In this document: positions 21,146-30,673 of the stretch, piece after piece
How positions within the stretch are numbered: position 1 is the first letter of the stretch
Layout of the letters: every line of letters begins with the position of its first letter
DNA from: Dehalococcoidia bacterium
GTDB taxonomy: Bacteria; Chloroflexota; Dehalococcoidia; UBA2979
Direction of reading: 5' to 3'
DNA: 64,000 nt
Assembly: GCA_963692775.1 (NCBI GenBank)
Contig: OY839116.1
Span: forward strand, 1,542,544-1,606,543
Translations under genes and position numbers: made by a program
The notes under the pieces: generated by a model
The model's input: the letters and a program-made list of their open reading frames with translations, nothing else
The model's database searches: none
Told to the model about the DNA's origin: nothing

Positions 21146-21667
21146 CTAGAGCGGGTCGTGCGAGTAGGCGTGATTGCCGAGGGTGGCCCCGAGGAAGATC
21201 AGCACGATCGAGACCAGCACCATGATCGAGGAAAAGACCAGCGAGGTGCGTCGCGCCTGCTCGAGCTCGCCGGGGTCCAGCTCGCCCGCCTGCACGGCGT
21301 CCGAGATGCGGGCGATGCGCTGGCCGAAGACGGCGCCGTGCACGGCGATCATGATGATCAGGATCGTGACGAACAGCATCTTCACCATGAAGACGCGCCC
21401 GAAGTGGAACTCCATCATGTCCTCGCGGATGCCGGGCGGGACGAAGATGTCCGTGTAGAACTGCGCCAGCCCGGTCACGATCAGGCCGACGAGCGAGATC
21501 CCGACGATCCACGTGAAGCGATGCGCCACGACCAGCGTGACGCGTCGGCGCAGGCTCTCGTCCTCGATCAGCCAGGTGGAGGGAATGACCGCGAAGGCGA
21601 GCAGCACCTGCCCTCCGACGAGCAGGGCTGCGAACAGCACGTGGAACCCGGGCAGCAGATGCTCCAT
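21146..21667 (-). CDS. hypothetical integral membrane protein (CopD-like fold?)
   Basis: 173 aa with 4-5 hydrophobic helices; TAG stop 4 bp upstream of the mug start, suggesting an operon. Confidence 0.5.
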   Translation of the reverse strand: MEHLLPGFHVLFAALLVGGQVLLAFAVIPSTWLIEDESLRRRVTLVVAHRFTWIVGISLVGLIVTGLAQFYTDIFVPPGIREDMMEFHFGRVFMVKMLFVTILIIMIAVHGAVFGQRIARISDAVQAGELDPGELEQARRTSLVFSSIMVLVSIVLIFLGATLGNHAYSHDPL

Positions 21668-21703
21668 CGTCCGCTCCTTCCTCGAGTGGCCCCGCCGCGC
21701 CGC

Positions 21704-23020
21704 CTAGAGCGGCACGCCGAAGATGTCGCGCGTCACGATCGCCTGCTCGCGCTCCGGTCCGACCGAGATCATGTCGACGGGCGCGTCGACGAGCTCCTCG
21801 ATGCGGCGCACGAAGCGGCGCGCCTCGAGGGGCAGGTCCGGGAAGTGGCGCACGTCCGACACCTCCTGCCGCCAGCCCGGCAGCACCTCGTAGACCGGCC
21901 GCACGGTGTACGCGTCGTGCAGCGAGGCCGGGAGCGAGTCGATCCGTTCGCCGTCCAGCTCGTAGCCGACGCAGACCCGCACCGACTCGAACTGGGCGAG
22001 CACGTCGAGCCGCGTGAGGGCGATCGAGTTGACGCCGTTGAGCTTCGCCGTCTGACGTGCGAGCACGCCGTCGAACCAGCCGCAGCGGCGCGGCCGGCCG
22101 GTGGTGGTGCCGTACTCGCCCGTTCCCTGGTCGATCCCGTGATCGCGCAGCGCGGCGGCCTCCTCGCCGAACAGCTCGGTGGGGAACGGGCCGTCGCCGA
22201 CGCGCGTCTGGTACGCCTTGTAGACCCCCACCACGCGGTCGACCGCCGTGGGGCCGAGCCCGACGCCGAGGCAGGCCCCGGCCGACATCGACGACGGGAC
22301 CGAGGACGTGACGTAGGGGTACGTGCCGTTGTCGAGGTCGAGCAGCGTCCCCTGCGCGCCCTCGAGCAGGATCTGCTCGCCGCGGTCGTGCGCGTCCTGC
22401 AGCAGCCGCGCGGTGTCCGTGACGAACGGGCGGAGCTGGCGGCCGTACTCGCGGTACTCGTCGCGGATCTGCTCGTAGTCCAGCGGCTCGCCGCCGTACA
22501 GCTCGGTGATGATGCGGTTCTTGTAGGGCAGCACGAAGCTCAGCAGCGTCTCCAGCGACTCCGGCTGCGCGAGGTCGATCATGCGCACGCCGAGGCGGCC
22601 CGTCTTGTCGGTGAAGGCCGGCCCCGTGCCGGTGCCGGTCGTGCCGATCGCGTGCTCGCCGCGCAGCTTCTCGTCGAGCTCGTCGATGGCGAGGTGCCAG
22701 GGCATCACGACGTGCGCGCGGTCGCTGACGCGCACACGCGAGGTGTCGACGCCGCGGCTGGAGAGCATCTCCAGCTCCTCGATCAGCGCTTGCGGGTTCA
22801 CGACGACGCCGTTGCCGATGATGCAGGTGGTGCGGGGGTGGAAGATCCCCGCCGGCACGAGGTGCAGGCCGAACTTGCCGAGCTCGTTGACGATCGTGTG
22901 GCCGGCGTTGCTGCCCGCCGAGTAGCGGGCGATCACGGAGCAGTTGCGCGCGAAGAAGTCGACGACGCGGCCCTTGCCCTCGTCGCCCCACTGTCCGCCG
23001 ATGATCACGGTCGCCGGCAT
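21704..23020 (-). CDS. purA: adenylosuccinate synthetase
   Basis: QWGDEGKGRVVD P-loop, GNGVVVNP, GTTGTGTGPAF; ATG at 23020 (MPATVIIGGQWGDEGKG). Confidence 0.9.
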   Translation of the reverse strand: MPATVIIGGQWGDEGKGRVVDFFARNCSVIARYSAGSNAGHTIVNELGKFGLHLVPAGIFHPRTTCIIGNGVVVNPQALIEELEMLSSRGVDTSRVRVSDRAHVVMPWHLAIDELDEKLRGEHAIGTTGTGTGPAFTDKTGRLGVRMIDLAQPESLETLLSFVLPYKNRIITELYGGEPLDYEQIRDEYREYGRQLRPFVTDTARLLQDAHDRGEQILLEGAQGTLLDLDNGTYPYVTSSVPSSMSAGACLGVGLGPTAVDRVVGVYKAYQTRVGDGPFPTELFGEEAAALRDHGIDQGTGEYGTTTGRPRRCGWFDGVLARQTAKLNGVNSIALTRLDVLAQFESVRVCVGYELDGERIDSLPASLHDAYTVRPVYEVLPGWRQEVSDVRHFPDLPLEARRFVRRIEELVDAPVDMISVGPEREQAIVTRDIFGVPL

Positions 23021-23177
23021 CGCCGTCCTCGCGTCCCCGTGCGGTTGGCCCGTGCCCCTCGCTGCGAGAGGCACGAACACACCGCGCGCGGCGCCTGCGC
23101 CGATGCGCGGTGTCCGGGACATGATACCGCAGCACGCGCGGGACTATCCTCGAAGGTGGGGACGGAGGGGATCGCCG

Positions 23178-23972
23178 ATGCTGGTCCGGCTTGCCTGCGT
23201 GATCGCGGCGGCGCTGATCGTTGCCGCCTGTACGTCCGAGGACGCTCCCCCGCCTCGCAGTCCCTTGGCGTCGCCGACGCCCGCCGGACCGGCTGCGACC
23301 GCGGCGCCGACGGATACGCCGGCCGCGACGCCGACGCCGACGCCCACGCTCACCGCGACCGCGACGCCTGCCGCGCCGGCGGGAACCGCCACGCCGGACG
23401 CATCCGCCCCGGCGGCGGAGACGCCGGGAGCGCCCCCCGAGAGCGAGGGCGCGACCAGCGAGCAGCAGCTCGAGCTGGTCACGGGCAATGCGATCGAGTT
23501 GATGGCGGAGTGGCTGGGGATTCCCGCCCCCGACCTGAGCGTGGACCTCGCCGAGGCGGTCGTCTGGCCTGACGCGTGCCTGGGCGTGGCGCAGCCGGGC
23601 GTCGTCTGCGCGGCGGTGCAGACGCCGGGGTTCCGCGTCCTGCTGCGGGATGCGCTCGGCGGCCGGCACCGCGTGCACGCCGGCGGCGACGGCGTGATGC
23701 GCTGGGCCGGCGAGGCGGTGCTGAGCGCCACGATCGTCGCGGTCGAGGGCGCGGCCATCCGGCTCGGCGATCTCGAGGGCGACCACGCAATCCCGGGCAG
23801 CGATCTCGTCTTCGGCGAGGAGGTCACCGCCACGGACGCGCCGGGAACCAGCTACGTCGCGATCGCCGGACCGCATCGGCTCGCCGAGGGCGTCAGCGTC
23901 GCGGTCGCGCTCGATCCGGACCCGAATGGCGGACCACACCCGCTCATCGCCTGGCTCGTGGTCCTCGAGTGA
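23178..23972 (+). CDS. lipoprotein with Pro/Thr/Ala-rich linker
   Basis: Signal peptide with lipobox LIVAAC, PT-rich low-complexity region, then a globular C-terminal domain. Confidence 0.6.
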   Translation: MLVRLACVIAAALIVAACTSEDAPPPRSPLASPTPAGPAATAAPTDTPAATPTPTPTLTATATPAAPAGTATPDASAPAAETPGAPPESEGATSEQQLELVTGNAIELMAEWLGIPAPDLSVDLAEAVVWPDACLGVAQPGVVCAAVQTPGFRVLLRDALGGRHRVHAGGDGVMRWAGEAVLSATIVAVEGAAIRLGDLEGDHAIPGSDLVFGEEVTATDAPGTSYVAIAGPHRLAEGVSVAVALDPDPNGGPHPLIAWLVVLE

Positions 23973-24496
23973 GCGCGACGCAGCGAGGGCTCGTGGGCGA
24001 GGGCGAGATCATCGAGGTCAAGCGCAAGCTCGACGGAAGCGAGGAGCGCTTCGCGACCGAGCTGGTGCAGCGCAGCCCGAGCCTGCTGCTGGTGCTCTAC
24101 CGCATCGAGCGCGGCCCCGACTCGCTGGACTCGTACGGCTGCTTCTGGCCGCGCCGTCCCTACGGCTGCTACCACATCGTGCGCCCGCCCGGCGCGCCCG
24201 ACGCGGGCCGCGAGGTGCTGAGCCGTTTCGACGTGCTGCGGGACGTCGAGATCGACGGCGACGACGTGCGCTACCTCGATCTGCTGCTCGACCTGGTGGT
24301 GCGCGTCGATGCGGCGGGCCGCATCACGACGCGCTGGGAGGACGAGGACGAGCTGGAGGCGGCGCTTGCGAGCGGCCTCCTCGATGCGGCGGGAGGCGCG
24401 TACGTCGCGCGCGCCCGGCGCACGCTCGAGCGGCGGCACCGCCGCGTGGTGGGCGAGATCCGCGCGCTGCTGAGGCGGCTGGGGCGGATCCCGTAG
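23968..24496 (+). CDS. DUF402-like protein
   Basis: YLDLLLDLVVRVDAAGRITTRWEDEDELEAALASGLL matches the DUF402 hallmark (DL.LD.vv...g....DEDEL..A...G); GTGA overlap with the lipoprotein stop. Confidence 0.55.
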
Positions 24497-24505
24497 CGGA
24501 GGCCG

Positions 24506-25147
24506 TCAGGCGTCGCCGGAGAAGAGCGCGTTGAAGCCCGCGACCTCGGCCTCGGCCAGCACTTGGACGCCGGCCGCGCCGAGGGCGCGAGCGCGCGCCG
24601 CGAGGGCGGCCCGCTCGCCCGGCGAGAAGCCCAGCGCCCCGACGGTCCAGGGCAGCCCGGCGGCGCTCGCCGCGAGCGCGACCCGCGCCAGAACCGGCGC
24701 TTGCAACGCCTCGGCGCGCGCATCGGGGGCGCCGAGGTCGGCGGCGATCGCCTCGATGTCGAGGCCGACGCTCGCGATGCGGTCGACGGAGGCGAGCAGC
24801 TGCGGCAGGCGCTCGATGGCGGCCGCGCTCGCGATCTCGGGGATGAGGCCGATGCTGCCGGGCGTGAGCCCGCTGTGCAGCTCGTGGCGGCGCAGTTCGA
24901 CATCGGCGGTTCGCAGATCCTGCGGCTGCGTCGTCCCGGCGAGCAGTACGCAGGCGACCGGGCCGGCGAGCGCCTCGAGCTGTGAGCGCAGCAGGCCCTC
25001 GCGGGGGTGGGCGAGCCGGGCGTGGATCGGGACGCCGGCCGCGCGGGCGGCCTCGGCGCCGCCGGGGGAGGTGGTGACGGCGTCGGCGCGCGTGGGGGCG
25101 GCGGGCGCGCCGGGCGGCAGGACGAGGTTCGTGCGCGGGGCGGTCAT
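24506..25147 (-). CDS. HpcH/HpaI aldolase / citrate lyase beta (CitE)-like protein, degenerate
   Basis: TIM-barrel CitE-like layout (LIPEIASAAAIERL, GLDIEAIAADLGA) but the usual PK and HP.Q residues are not conserved. Confidence 0.45.
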   Translation of the reverse strand: MTAPRTNLVLPPGAPAAPTRADAVTTSPGGAEAARAAGVPIHARLAHPREGLLRSQLEALAGPVACVLLAGTTQPQDLRTADVELRRHELHSGLTPGSIGLIPEIASAAAIERLPQLLASVDRIASVGLDIEAIAADLGAPDARAEALQAPVLARVALAASAAGLPWTVGALGFSPGERAALAARARALGAAGVQVLAEAEVAGFNALFSGDA

Positions 25148-25163
25148 CGCGGGCGCGGCGTGC

Positions 25164-25895
25164 TCACGCCTGACGCTCCGCCCGCCGGGCGTCGCTTGCG
25201 GCGAGGGCGGTGGCGGCGGCGGACAGGGCGATCGTGAGCGCGAGGAAGCTGTAGAGGACGGTCCGCAACACGTCACGCCGGTCGTTCCGGTCGGCCAGCT
25301 CCGCCGCCGTGCGCGCGTCGAAGGCGCCGAGCAGACTGTCGAGCGGAGTCATGATCCTGGCCTTGAGCCGGTGGTACTCGCCGCCGTGAAGCAGCTCGCG
25401 CGCGTGCGCCAGACCCGCCTCGGTGACGGTGCCCATCGCATCCCTCTCGAATTCGACGAGGCTGTCCGAATTCGCCTTCGATTCCTCGAAGAGCACGCGT
25501 TCGGACTCCGTGAGGCCGCCGCCCGCGGCCAGCGTGCTGAGCGCCGCCGCCTCCCCCACCAGGTGCGGCTCCCTGCCGGTCGCGATCACCAGATCCCAGT
25601 AACTCCACCCGTAGTCGATGGGGCGCCGGGCGCCGCCGTCGCGGATGTCCAGGATGCGCTGGAAGTATTCGTTGTAGCGCTCGTCCCCGGTCACGGCGTA
25701 GAGCCGCGCCATCCGCGTCAGGTCGTCGGTCGACTGCCGCAACGCGTCGAGCAGCGCGAGCCCTTCTTCGCGTTCCTGGCGGATGCTCTCCGCCTCGGCC
25801 TGGACCCGGTCGAGCGCGATGAACGCGACGAGCGAAGCGATGCCGAACATCGCCGCCAACGCGGCGGCCGCGAGCGCGAACGCACGGGTGCGCAT
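25164..25895 (-). CDS. membrane-anchored CHASE3-like sensor domain protein without output domain
   Basis: TM1, then an extracytoplasmic helical domain with RMARLYAVTGDERYNEYFQ (CHASE3 RGYLLTGDE.FLEPY-like), then TM2, then stop. Confidence 0.5.
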   Translation of the reverse strand: MRTRAFALAAAALAAMFGIASLVAFIALDRVQAEAESIRQEREEGLALLDALRQSTDDLTRMARLYAVTGDERYNEYFQRILDIRDGGARRPIDYGWSYWDLVIATGREPHLVGEAAALSTLAAGGGLTESERVLFEESKANSDSLVEFERDAMGTVTEAGLAHARELLHGGEYHRLKARIMTPLDSLLGAFDARTAAELADRNDRRDVLRTVLYSFLALTIALSAAATALAASDARRAERQA

Positions 25896-25982
25896 GAGAC
25901 CTCCTCTCAGGGAACATAGCGGCGTTGCCCGCGGGCGGCGAATCGAGCGGCTGGCCGCCGCCGGCGCTGCGGCGGGCGATCC

Positions 25983-27266
25983 TCACGCCGCGAGGATCGC
26001 GCCGAGCCGGTCCGCCGAGGCGGAGGGGCCGACGACGGCGAGCGCGTATTCGCCGCCGAACAGCCGCTGCGCGACGGCCTGCATGTCGGCGGCCTCGACG
26101 GCGCGGATGCGCTCGACGGTGTCGCCGGGCAGCTCGATCTCGCCGTCCTGCAGCAGCTGCGTGCCGAAGTGCTGGCCGAGCGCCATCGGCGTCTCCATCG
26201 AGAGGCGGAAGGTTCCGGCGGCGAAGTCCTTGGCGCGCTGCAACTCCTCGACGCTCACGGGCTCGGCGGCGGCGCGCCGCAGCTCGGCGACGATCACCTG
26301 CAGCGCCTCCTCCTGCTGATCGCGCGAGACGCCCGCGCTGACCACGAAGGAGCCGATGTCCTGGTGCTGCGCGACGCCCGAGGCGACCGAGTAGGCGAGC
26401 CCTCGGCGCTCGCGCACCTCCTGGAAGAGCCGCGAGGACATGCCGCGCCCCAGCACGGTGTGCAGCAGCGCCAGCGCGTAGCGGTCCGGGTCGCGGCGCG
26501 CCGGACCCTGCACCGCGAGGCGGATGTTGGTCTGCTCGATCTCGCGCTCCTCGATGATGATCGATTCCTCCGGCAGGCCGTGCTCGGCGGCCGAAGGCTC
26601 CCGGGCCGCGCCGTCGCGCAGGCCGTCGAAGCACTCCGCGGCTGCCTCGGTCACCCAGTCGTGCGTGACGTTGCCGGCGACGGACAGCACCGAGTTCTCC
26701 GCGCCGTAGAAGCGCTCGACGTGGGAGACGAAGTCGTCGCGGGTGAGCGCCTCGACGGTCTCGATCGAGCCGGTGACGGGCCAGCCGATCGGCTGGTCGC
26801 CGTAGACGGCGCGCACCATCAGCTCGGAGGCGCGGGAGGCCGGGGCGTCGTGGCCGCGGCGGATCTCCTGCTGGACCACCGTGCGCTCGCGGTCGATCTC
26901 CTCGCTGTCGAGCAGGGAGCGCTGGATCATGTCGGCCAGCACCTCGACGCCGGTGGCGGCCCGCTCGAAGGGCATGTTGTTCCAGTAGCAGGTCAGCTCG
27001 CGCGAGGTGTAAGCGTTGAGGGCGCCGCCGGCGCCCTCGATCGCCTCGCTGATCTCCGGTGCGGTGGGGCGCGTCGAGGTGCCCTTGAAGAGCATGTGCT
27101 CCAGGTAGTGGGAGACGCCGTTGGTGCGCGGATCCTCGTCGCGCGAGCCGACGCCGACGAAGAAGGAGACGCTGGCGCTCTGGGCGGTGGGGACGGGCGT
27201 GGTGATGACGCGCAGGCCGTTGGGCAGCGTGCTGATCTGCGGTTGGATCGCCTCGGCGGGTGGCAT
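25983..27266 (-). CDS. M16 family zinc peptidase (insulinase/PqqL-like)
   Basis: Inverted zinc motif GVSHYLEHMLFKGT (HxxEH) and downstream E. Confidence 0.8.
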   Translation of the reverse strand: MPPAEAIQPQISTLPNGLRVITTPVPTAQSASVSFFVGVGSRDEDPRTNGVSHYLEHMLFKGTSTRPTAPEISEAIEGAGGALNAYTSRELTCYWNNMPFERAATGVEVLADMIQRSLLDSEEIDRERTVVQQEIRRGHDAPASRASELMVRAVYGDQPIGWPVTGSIETVEALTRDDFVSHVERFYGAENSVLSVAGNVTHDWVTEAAAECFDGLRDGAAREPSAAEHGLPEESIIIEEREIEQTNIRLAVQGPARRDPDRYALALLHTVLGRGMSSRLFQEVRERRGLAYSVASGVAQHQDIGSFVVSAGVSRDQQEEALQVIVAELRRAAAEPVSVEELQRAKDFAAGTFRLSMETPMALGQHFGTQLLQDGEIELPGDTVERIRAVEAADMQAVAQRLFGGEYALAVVGPSASADRLGAILAA

Positions 27267-27392
27267 CTGTGCGCCTCTCTAGTCGCGGGGCCTCGGGGGC
27301 CCTCGAACGCACGCGGCTCAGCGTACGGCGGGCGTGCTGCGTCGGCAAGGAATGCGGATGGCTGCCTGAGATCTCTCTTGGCAGTTGAGGTG

Positions 27393-27427
27393 ACACACGG
27401 CTAGAGTGTGTTTACGGGTTAGCCGTG
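27393..27427 (+). promoter_or_regulatory. nested inverted repeats (ACACAC-n7-GTGTGT and CACGGCTA-n16-TAGCCGTG), putative operator of the Panacea operon
   Basis: Seen directly in sequence just upstream of and overlapping the annotated GTG of the DUF4065 gene. Confidence 0.45.
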
Positions 27428-28032
27428 CAAGAGGCTGGTCGTGTTGGCTGTGCACAGTCACGATAACGGAGGAGGCACTGGCCAGGACCTTCGACAGCAG
27501 TAAGTTTCGGGAGCTCGTTCTCTATGTGGCCGAGGAGTCGGAGGAGGATCCGCGCTTCGGAGCCACGAAGCTCAACAAGATCCTGTACTTCAGCGACTTC
27601 AAGGCGTTCGGAATGCTCGGCGAGTCGATCACTGGTGCTACGTACCAGCGCCTGGACAGAGGACCTGCCCCCCGGGAGCTGCTTCCAGCCCTGCGCTCAA
27701 TGGAGGCGGAGGGGGAACTCGAACGCTTCGAACGGCGCTACTTCAATCGCCCGCAGAAGGTGATCCGCCCACTGCGAGGGTCGGAAGCGAGCGAGGTCCT
27801 CGATCCCGCCGAACTTGCCATCGTAGATGCGGTGCTCGCCGACCTCCGGGAGCTCAACGCGTCGCAAGTTAGCGCGCTGTCGCACCTCGAGGCGGGGTGG
27901 AGGCTCGCGCGTGACCGCGAGGAGATCCCCTACGAGACCGTGTACATCTCGGACCGCCAGCCCACGCCGACCGAGGTCGCGGCGTGGGAGCGGGCGCTGG
28001 CGGAACGACGTGCCAAGAGATCTTCCTCGTGA
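27406..28032 (+). CDS. Panacea (DUF4065) domain protein, putative PanA-type antitoxin
   Basis: GATKLNKILYFSDFKAFGMLGESITGATYQRLDRGPAPRELLPAL matches the DUF4065 core; start uncertain (GTG 27406 lies inside the inverted repeat; a GGAGGAGG RBS sits at 27467-27474). Confidence 0.6.
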   Translation: MCLRVSRARGWSCWLCTVTITEEALARTFDSSKFRELVLYVAEESEEDPRFGATKLNKILYFSDFKAFGMLGESITGATYQRLDRGPAPRELLPALRSMEAEGELERFERRYFNRPQKVIRPLRGSEASEVLDPAELAIVDAVLADLRELNASQVSALSHLEAGWRLARDREEIPYETVYISDRQPTPTEVAAWERALAERRAKRSSS

Positions 28033-28099
28033 GCAGCCGCCAAGCCGCTGGACACACCACTTCGAGGTAACGCCCGAGTTCTCGGAGCAACTTGGCTCG

Positions 28100-28399
28100 G
28101 TGGCCCCGGCAGCCGTGGCGCGGGGGCATCTGCTCGATCGCGGCATCAAGCACGTCCTCGATCGCGAGATCGAGGCGTACCGGGAAGGCCTGGAACCCCC
28201 ACGGATCAAGGTCGTTGAAGGCGACGAACCGATCCGCGAGGGGCTGCTCCTCACAGAGCCGGGATTCCCGGACGTGCCGGAGTGCATGGTCTGGTTCGAG
28301 TTCCATGCTGATTTCGAGCGAAGTCGCGATGTGATCCTCTGGGGCATCGGGCGTGTCCCGGTTCTGGATGAGATTGAGGACTACACAGGCGATCCGTAG
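28100..28399 (+). CDS. small hypothetical protein (99 aa), putative toxin partner of the Panacea protein
   Basis: First in-frame start (GTG 28100) lies 68 nt after the Panacea stop; no ATG/GTG/TTG earlier; sequence ...CMVWFEFHADFERSRDVILWGIGRVPVLDEIEDYTGDP. Confidence 0.4.
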   Translation: MAPAAVARGHLLDRGIKHVLDREIEAYREGLEPPRIKVVEGDEPIREGLLLTEPGFPDVPECMVWFEFHADFERSRDVILWGIGRVPVLDEIEDYTGDP

Positions 28400-28433
28400 T
28401 GGGCTACCTCAGCTTGGTTGCACACCCCGATCG

Positions 28434-28462
28434 TTGACACCTTCGCGCCGCGCGCGGAATAT
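28434..28462 (+). promoter_or_regulatory. sigma-70-like promoter TTGACA-n17-GAATAT upstream of pyrG
   Basis: Direct sequence match about 33 nt upstream of the pyrG ATG. Confidence 0.5.
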
Positions 28463-28494
28463 GGTCCGTGTCCTCCCCAACCATCCGAGGGCTG

Positions 28495-30135
28495 ATGCCG
28501 AAGTACATCTTCGTCACGGGCGGCGTCGTGAGCTCCGTCGGCAAGGGGATCGTCACCGCCTCGCTCGGCCGCATCCTGCGCGCACGCGGCCTCCGCGTCT
28601 CCGTCCTCAAACTCGACCCCTACATCAACGTCGACCCCGGCACGATGTCCCCGTACCAGCACGGCGAGGTGTTCGTCACCGACGACGGCGCCGAGACAGA
28701 CCTGGACCTCGGGCACTACGAGCGCTTCCTCGACGAGAACTTCTCGCAGGCCAACTCCACCTCCTCCGGCCAGATCTACGAGGAGGTGATCCGCAAGGAG
28801 CGGCACGGCGACTTCCTCGGCGGCACCATCCAGCAGATCCCGCACGTCACCAACGAGATCCGGCGGCGCATCCGCGAGGCGGGCAGCGCGCTGGACGCCG
28901 AGGTCGTGATCGTCGAGGTCGGCGGCACGATCGGCGACATCGAGAGCCAGCCGTTCATCGAGGCGATCGGGCAGATGCGGCACACGCTCGGCGTGGACGC
29001 GACGGCCTCGATCCACGTCACGCTGCTGCCCTACATCGGCTCGACGCGCGAGCTGAAGACCAAGCCGACGCAGCACTCGGTGCGCGAGCTGCGCTCCTTC
29101 GGCATCCAGCCCGACGTGATCATCGCGCGCGCCGACCAGCCGGCGCCGGAGGCGCTGCGCGAGAAGATCGGCCTCTTCTGCAACGTCGAGCGCGAGGCGG
29201 TGATCCCCCTCCAGACGGCCGAATCGATCTACGAGATACCGCTGGTCCTCGAGGCGTGCGGGCTCGCCGACCTCGTGCTGAAGCGCATCGGCATCGAGAC
29301 GCCCGCGTCCGATCTCGACGACTGGCGGGAGTTCGTCCAGCGGCTGCGCAACCCCGACTCCGAGGTGCGCATCGCCGTGGTCGGCAAGTACGTGGAGTTG
29401 CACGACGCGTACCTGTCGATCCGCGAGGCGCTGATCCACGCCGCCGTCTTCCACCGCGCGCACGTCAACTTCCACTGGGTGCATTCCGAGGAGCTGGACA
29501 CGCGGCCGCCCGAGGAGGCGATCGGCGACGTGGACGGCATCCTCGTGTGCCCCGGGTTTGGCGACCGCGGACTGGAAGGGAAGATCTCCGCCGCCACGTA
29601 CGCGCGGGAGCAGCGCATCCCCTACTTCGGCGTCTGCCTCGGCCTGCAGATGATGGTCTGCGAGTTCGCCCGCAACGTGGCCGGGATGCCGGAGGCGAAC
29701 ACCACCGAGGCCGACCCGCGCACCCCGTTCCCGGTGATCTCGTTGCTCTCCGAGCAGCGCGGCATCGAGGACTACGGCGGCACGATGCGCCTCGGAGGCT
29801 TCGATTGCCGGCTGGTCGAGGGGACGCACGCCGCCGCCGCCTACGGGCGGGAGCAGGTGCGGGAGCGGCACCGCCACCGCTACGAGGTCAACAACGCGCT
29901 GTTGCCGGTGCTGGAGCAGCACGGCCTGATCGCGTCCGGTTGCTCGCCGAACGGCGAGCTGGTCGAGATCATGGAGCTGCGCGACCACCCGTGGATGCTG
30001 GGGACGCAGTTCCACCCGGAGTTCACCTCGCGGCCGCTGCGGCCGCAGCCGCTGTTCCGTGACTTCGTGGGCGCGGCGTTGCGGCGCCGGTCGAGCGTCG
30101 GGCAGGCGGCCGCCTCGCAGGCGTCGGCGCCGTGA
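28495..30135 (+). CDS. pyrG: CTP synthase
   Basis: N-terminus MPKYIFVTGGVVSSVGKG, glutamine amidotransferase domain GVCLGLQ; ATG at 28495. Confidence 0.95.
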   Translation: MPKYIFVTGGVVSSVGKGIVTASLGRILRARGLRVSVLKLDPYINVDPGTMSPYQHGEVFVTDDGAETDLDLGHYERFLDENFSQANSTSSGQIYEEVIRKERHGDFLGGTIQQIPHVTNEIRRRIREAGSALDAEVVIVEVGGTIGDIESQPFIEAIGQMRHTLGVDATASIHVTLLPYIGSTRELKTKPTQHSVRELRSFGIQPDVIIARADQPAPEALREKIGLFCNVEREAVIPLQTAESIYEIPLVLEACGLADLVLKRIGIETPASDLDDWREFVQRLRNPDSEVRIAVVGKYVELHDAYLSIREALIHAAVFHRAHVNFHWVHSEELDTRPPEEAIGDVDGILVCPGFGDRGLEGKISAATYAREQRIPYFGVCLGLQMMVCEFARNVAGMPEANTTEADPRTPFPVISLLSEQRGIEDYGGTMRLGGFDCRLVEGTHAAAAYGREQVRERHRHRYEVNNALLPVLEQHGLIASGCSPNGELVEIMELRDHPWMLGTQFHPEFTSRPLRPQPLFRDFVGAALRRRSSVGQAAASQASAP

Positions 30136-30182
30136 GCGCCGCCTGAGGCGGGGCAGGCGCCAGCGGTAGCCGAGGACCGGCG

Positions 30183-30650
30183 ATGACCTTGTTCCGCTTG
30201 CTGCACGTGCTGGCGCTGTTCTGGATGATGGCCGGCCTCGGCACGGTGATGGTGGCCGTCTGGCGCGCCTGGGCGACCAAAGACCTCGAGTTGCGGGCGA
30301 CGCTGCTGACCGAGGCGCAGCAGAACGAGACGCGCTGGCTGCTCTCCGGCCTGCTGGCCACGGGCCTGACGGGGTTCGCCTGGGCGGCCGCGGAGAACAC
30401 GAACCTCGTGACCACCGGCTGGCTGCTGGCGCTCGAGCTGATCTACGCGGTCGACGTCTTCATCTTCCTCCCGCTGCTCGGCGTGGGGCTGCGGCGCGTG
30501 CGGCTGCTCGCGCTACAGGCGAGGAAGCGAGGCGAGACCACCCCCGAGCTCGAGGAGGCGATCAACGATCGCGTGCCGGTGGTGTTCGGCACGCTGATGG
30601 TGCTGACCGTGCCGGTGATGACCTGGCTGGCGATCTACAAGCCGTTCTGA
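30183..30650 (+). CDS. hypothetical integral membrane protein (DUF2269-like)
   Basis: 155 aa, 4 predicted TM helices, high GC3 bias. Confidence 0.5.
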   Translation: MTLFRLLHVLALFWMMAGLGTVMVAVWRAWATKDLELRATLLTEAQQNETRWLLSGLLATGLTGFAWAAAENTNLVTTGWLLALELIYAVDVFIFLPLLGVGLRRVRLLALQARKRGETTPELEEAINDRVPVVFGTLMVLTVPVMTWLAIYKPF

Positions 30651-30673
30651 GCAGGCGCGCGGGTTGGCGGCGC

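Noticed and set aside
27827-28099. Longer version of the Panacea partner ORF starting at 27827 inside the DUF4065 gene
   Set aside because: It would overlap the Panacea gene out of frame by about 200 bp with an Arg/Ser-rich nonsense translation; the first plausible start after the Panacea stop is GTG 28100.
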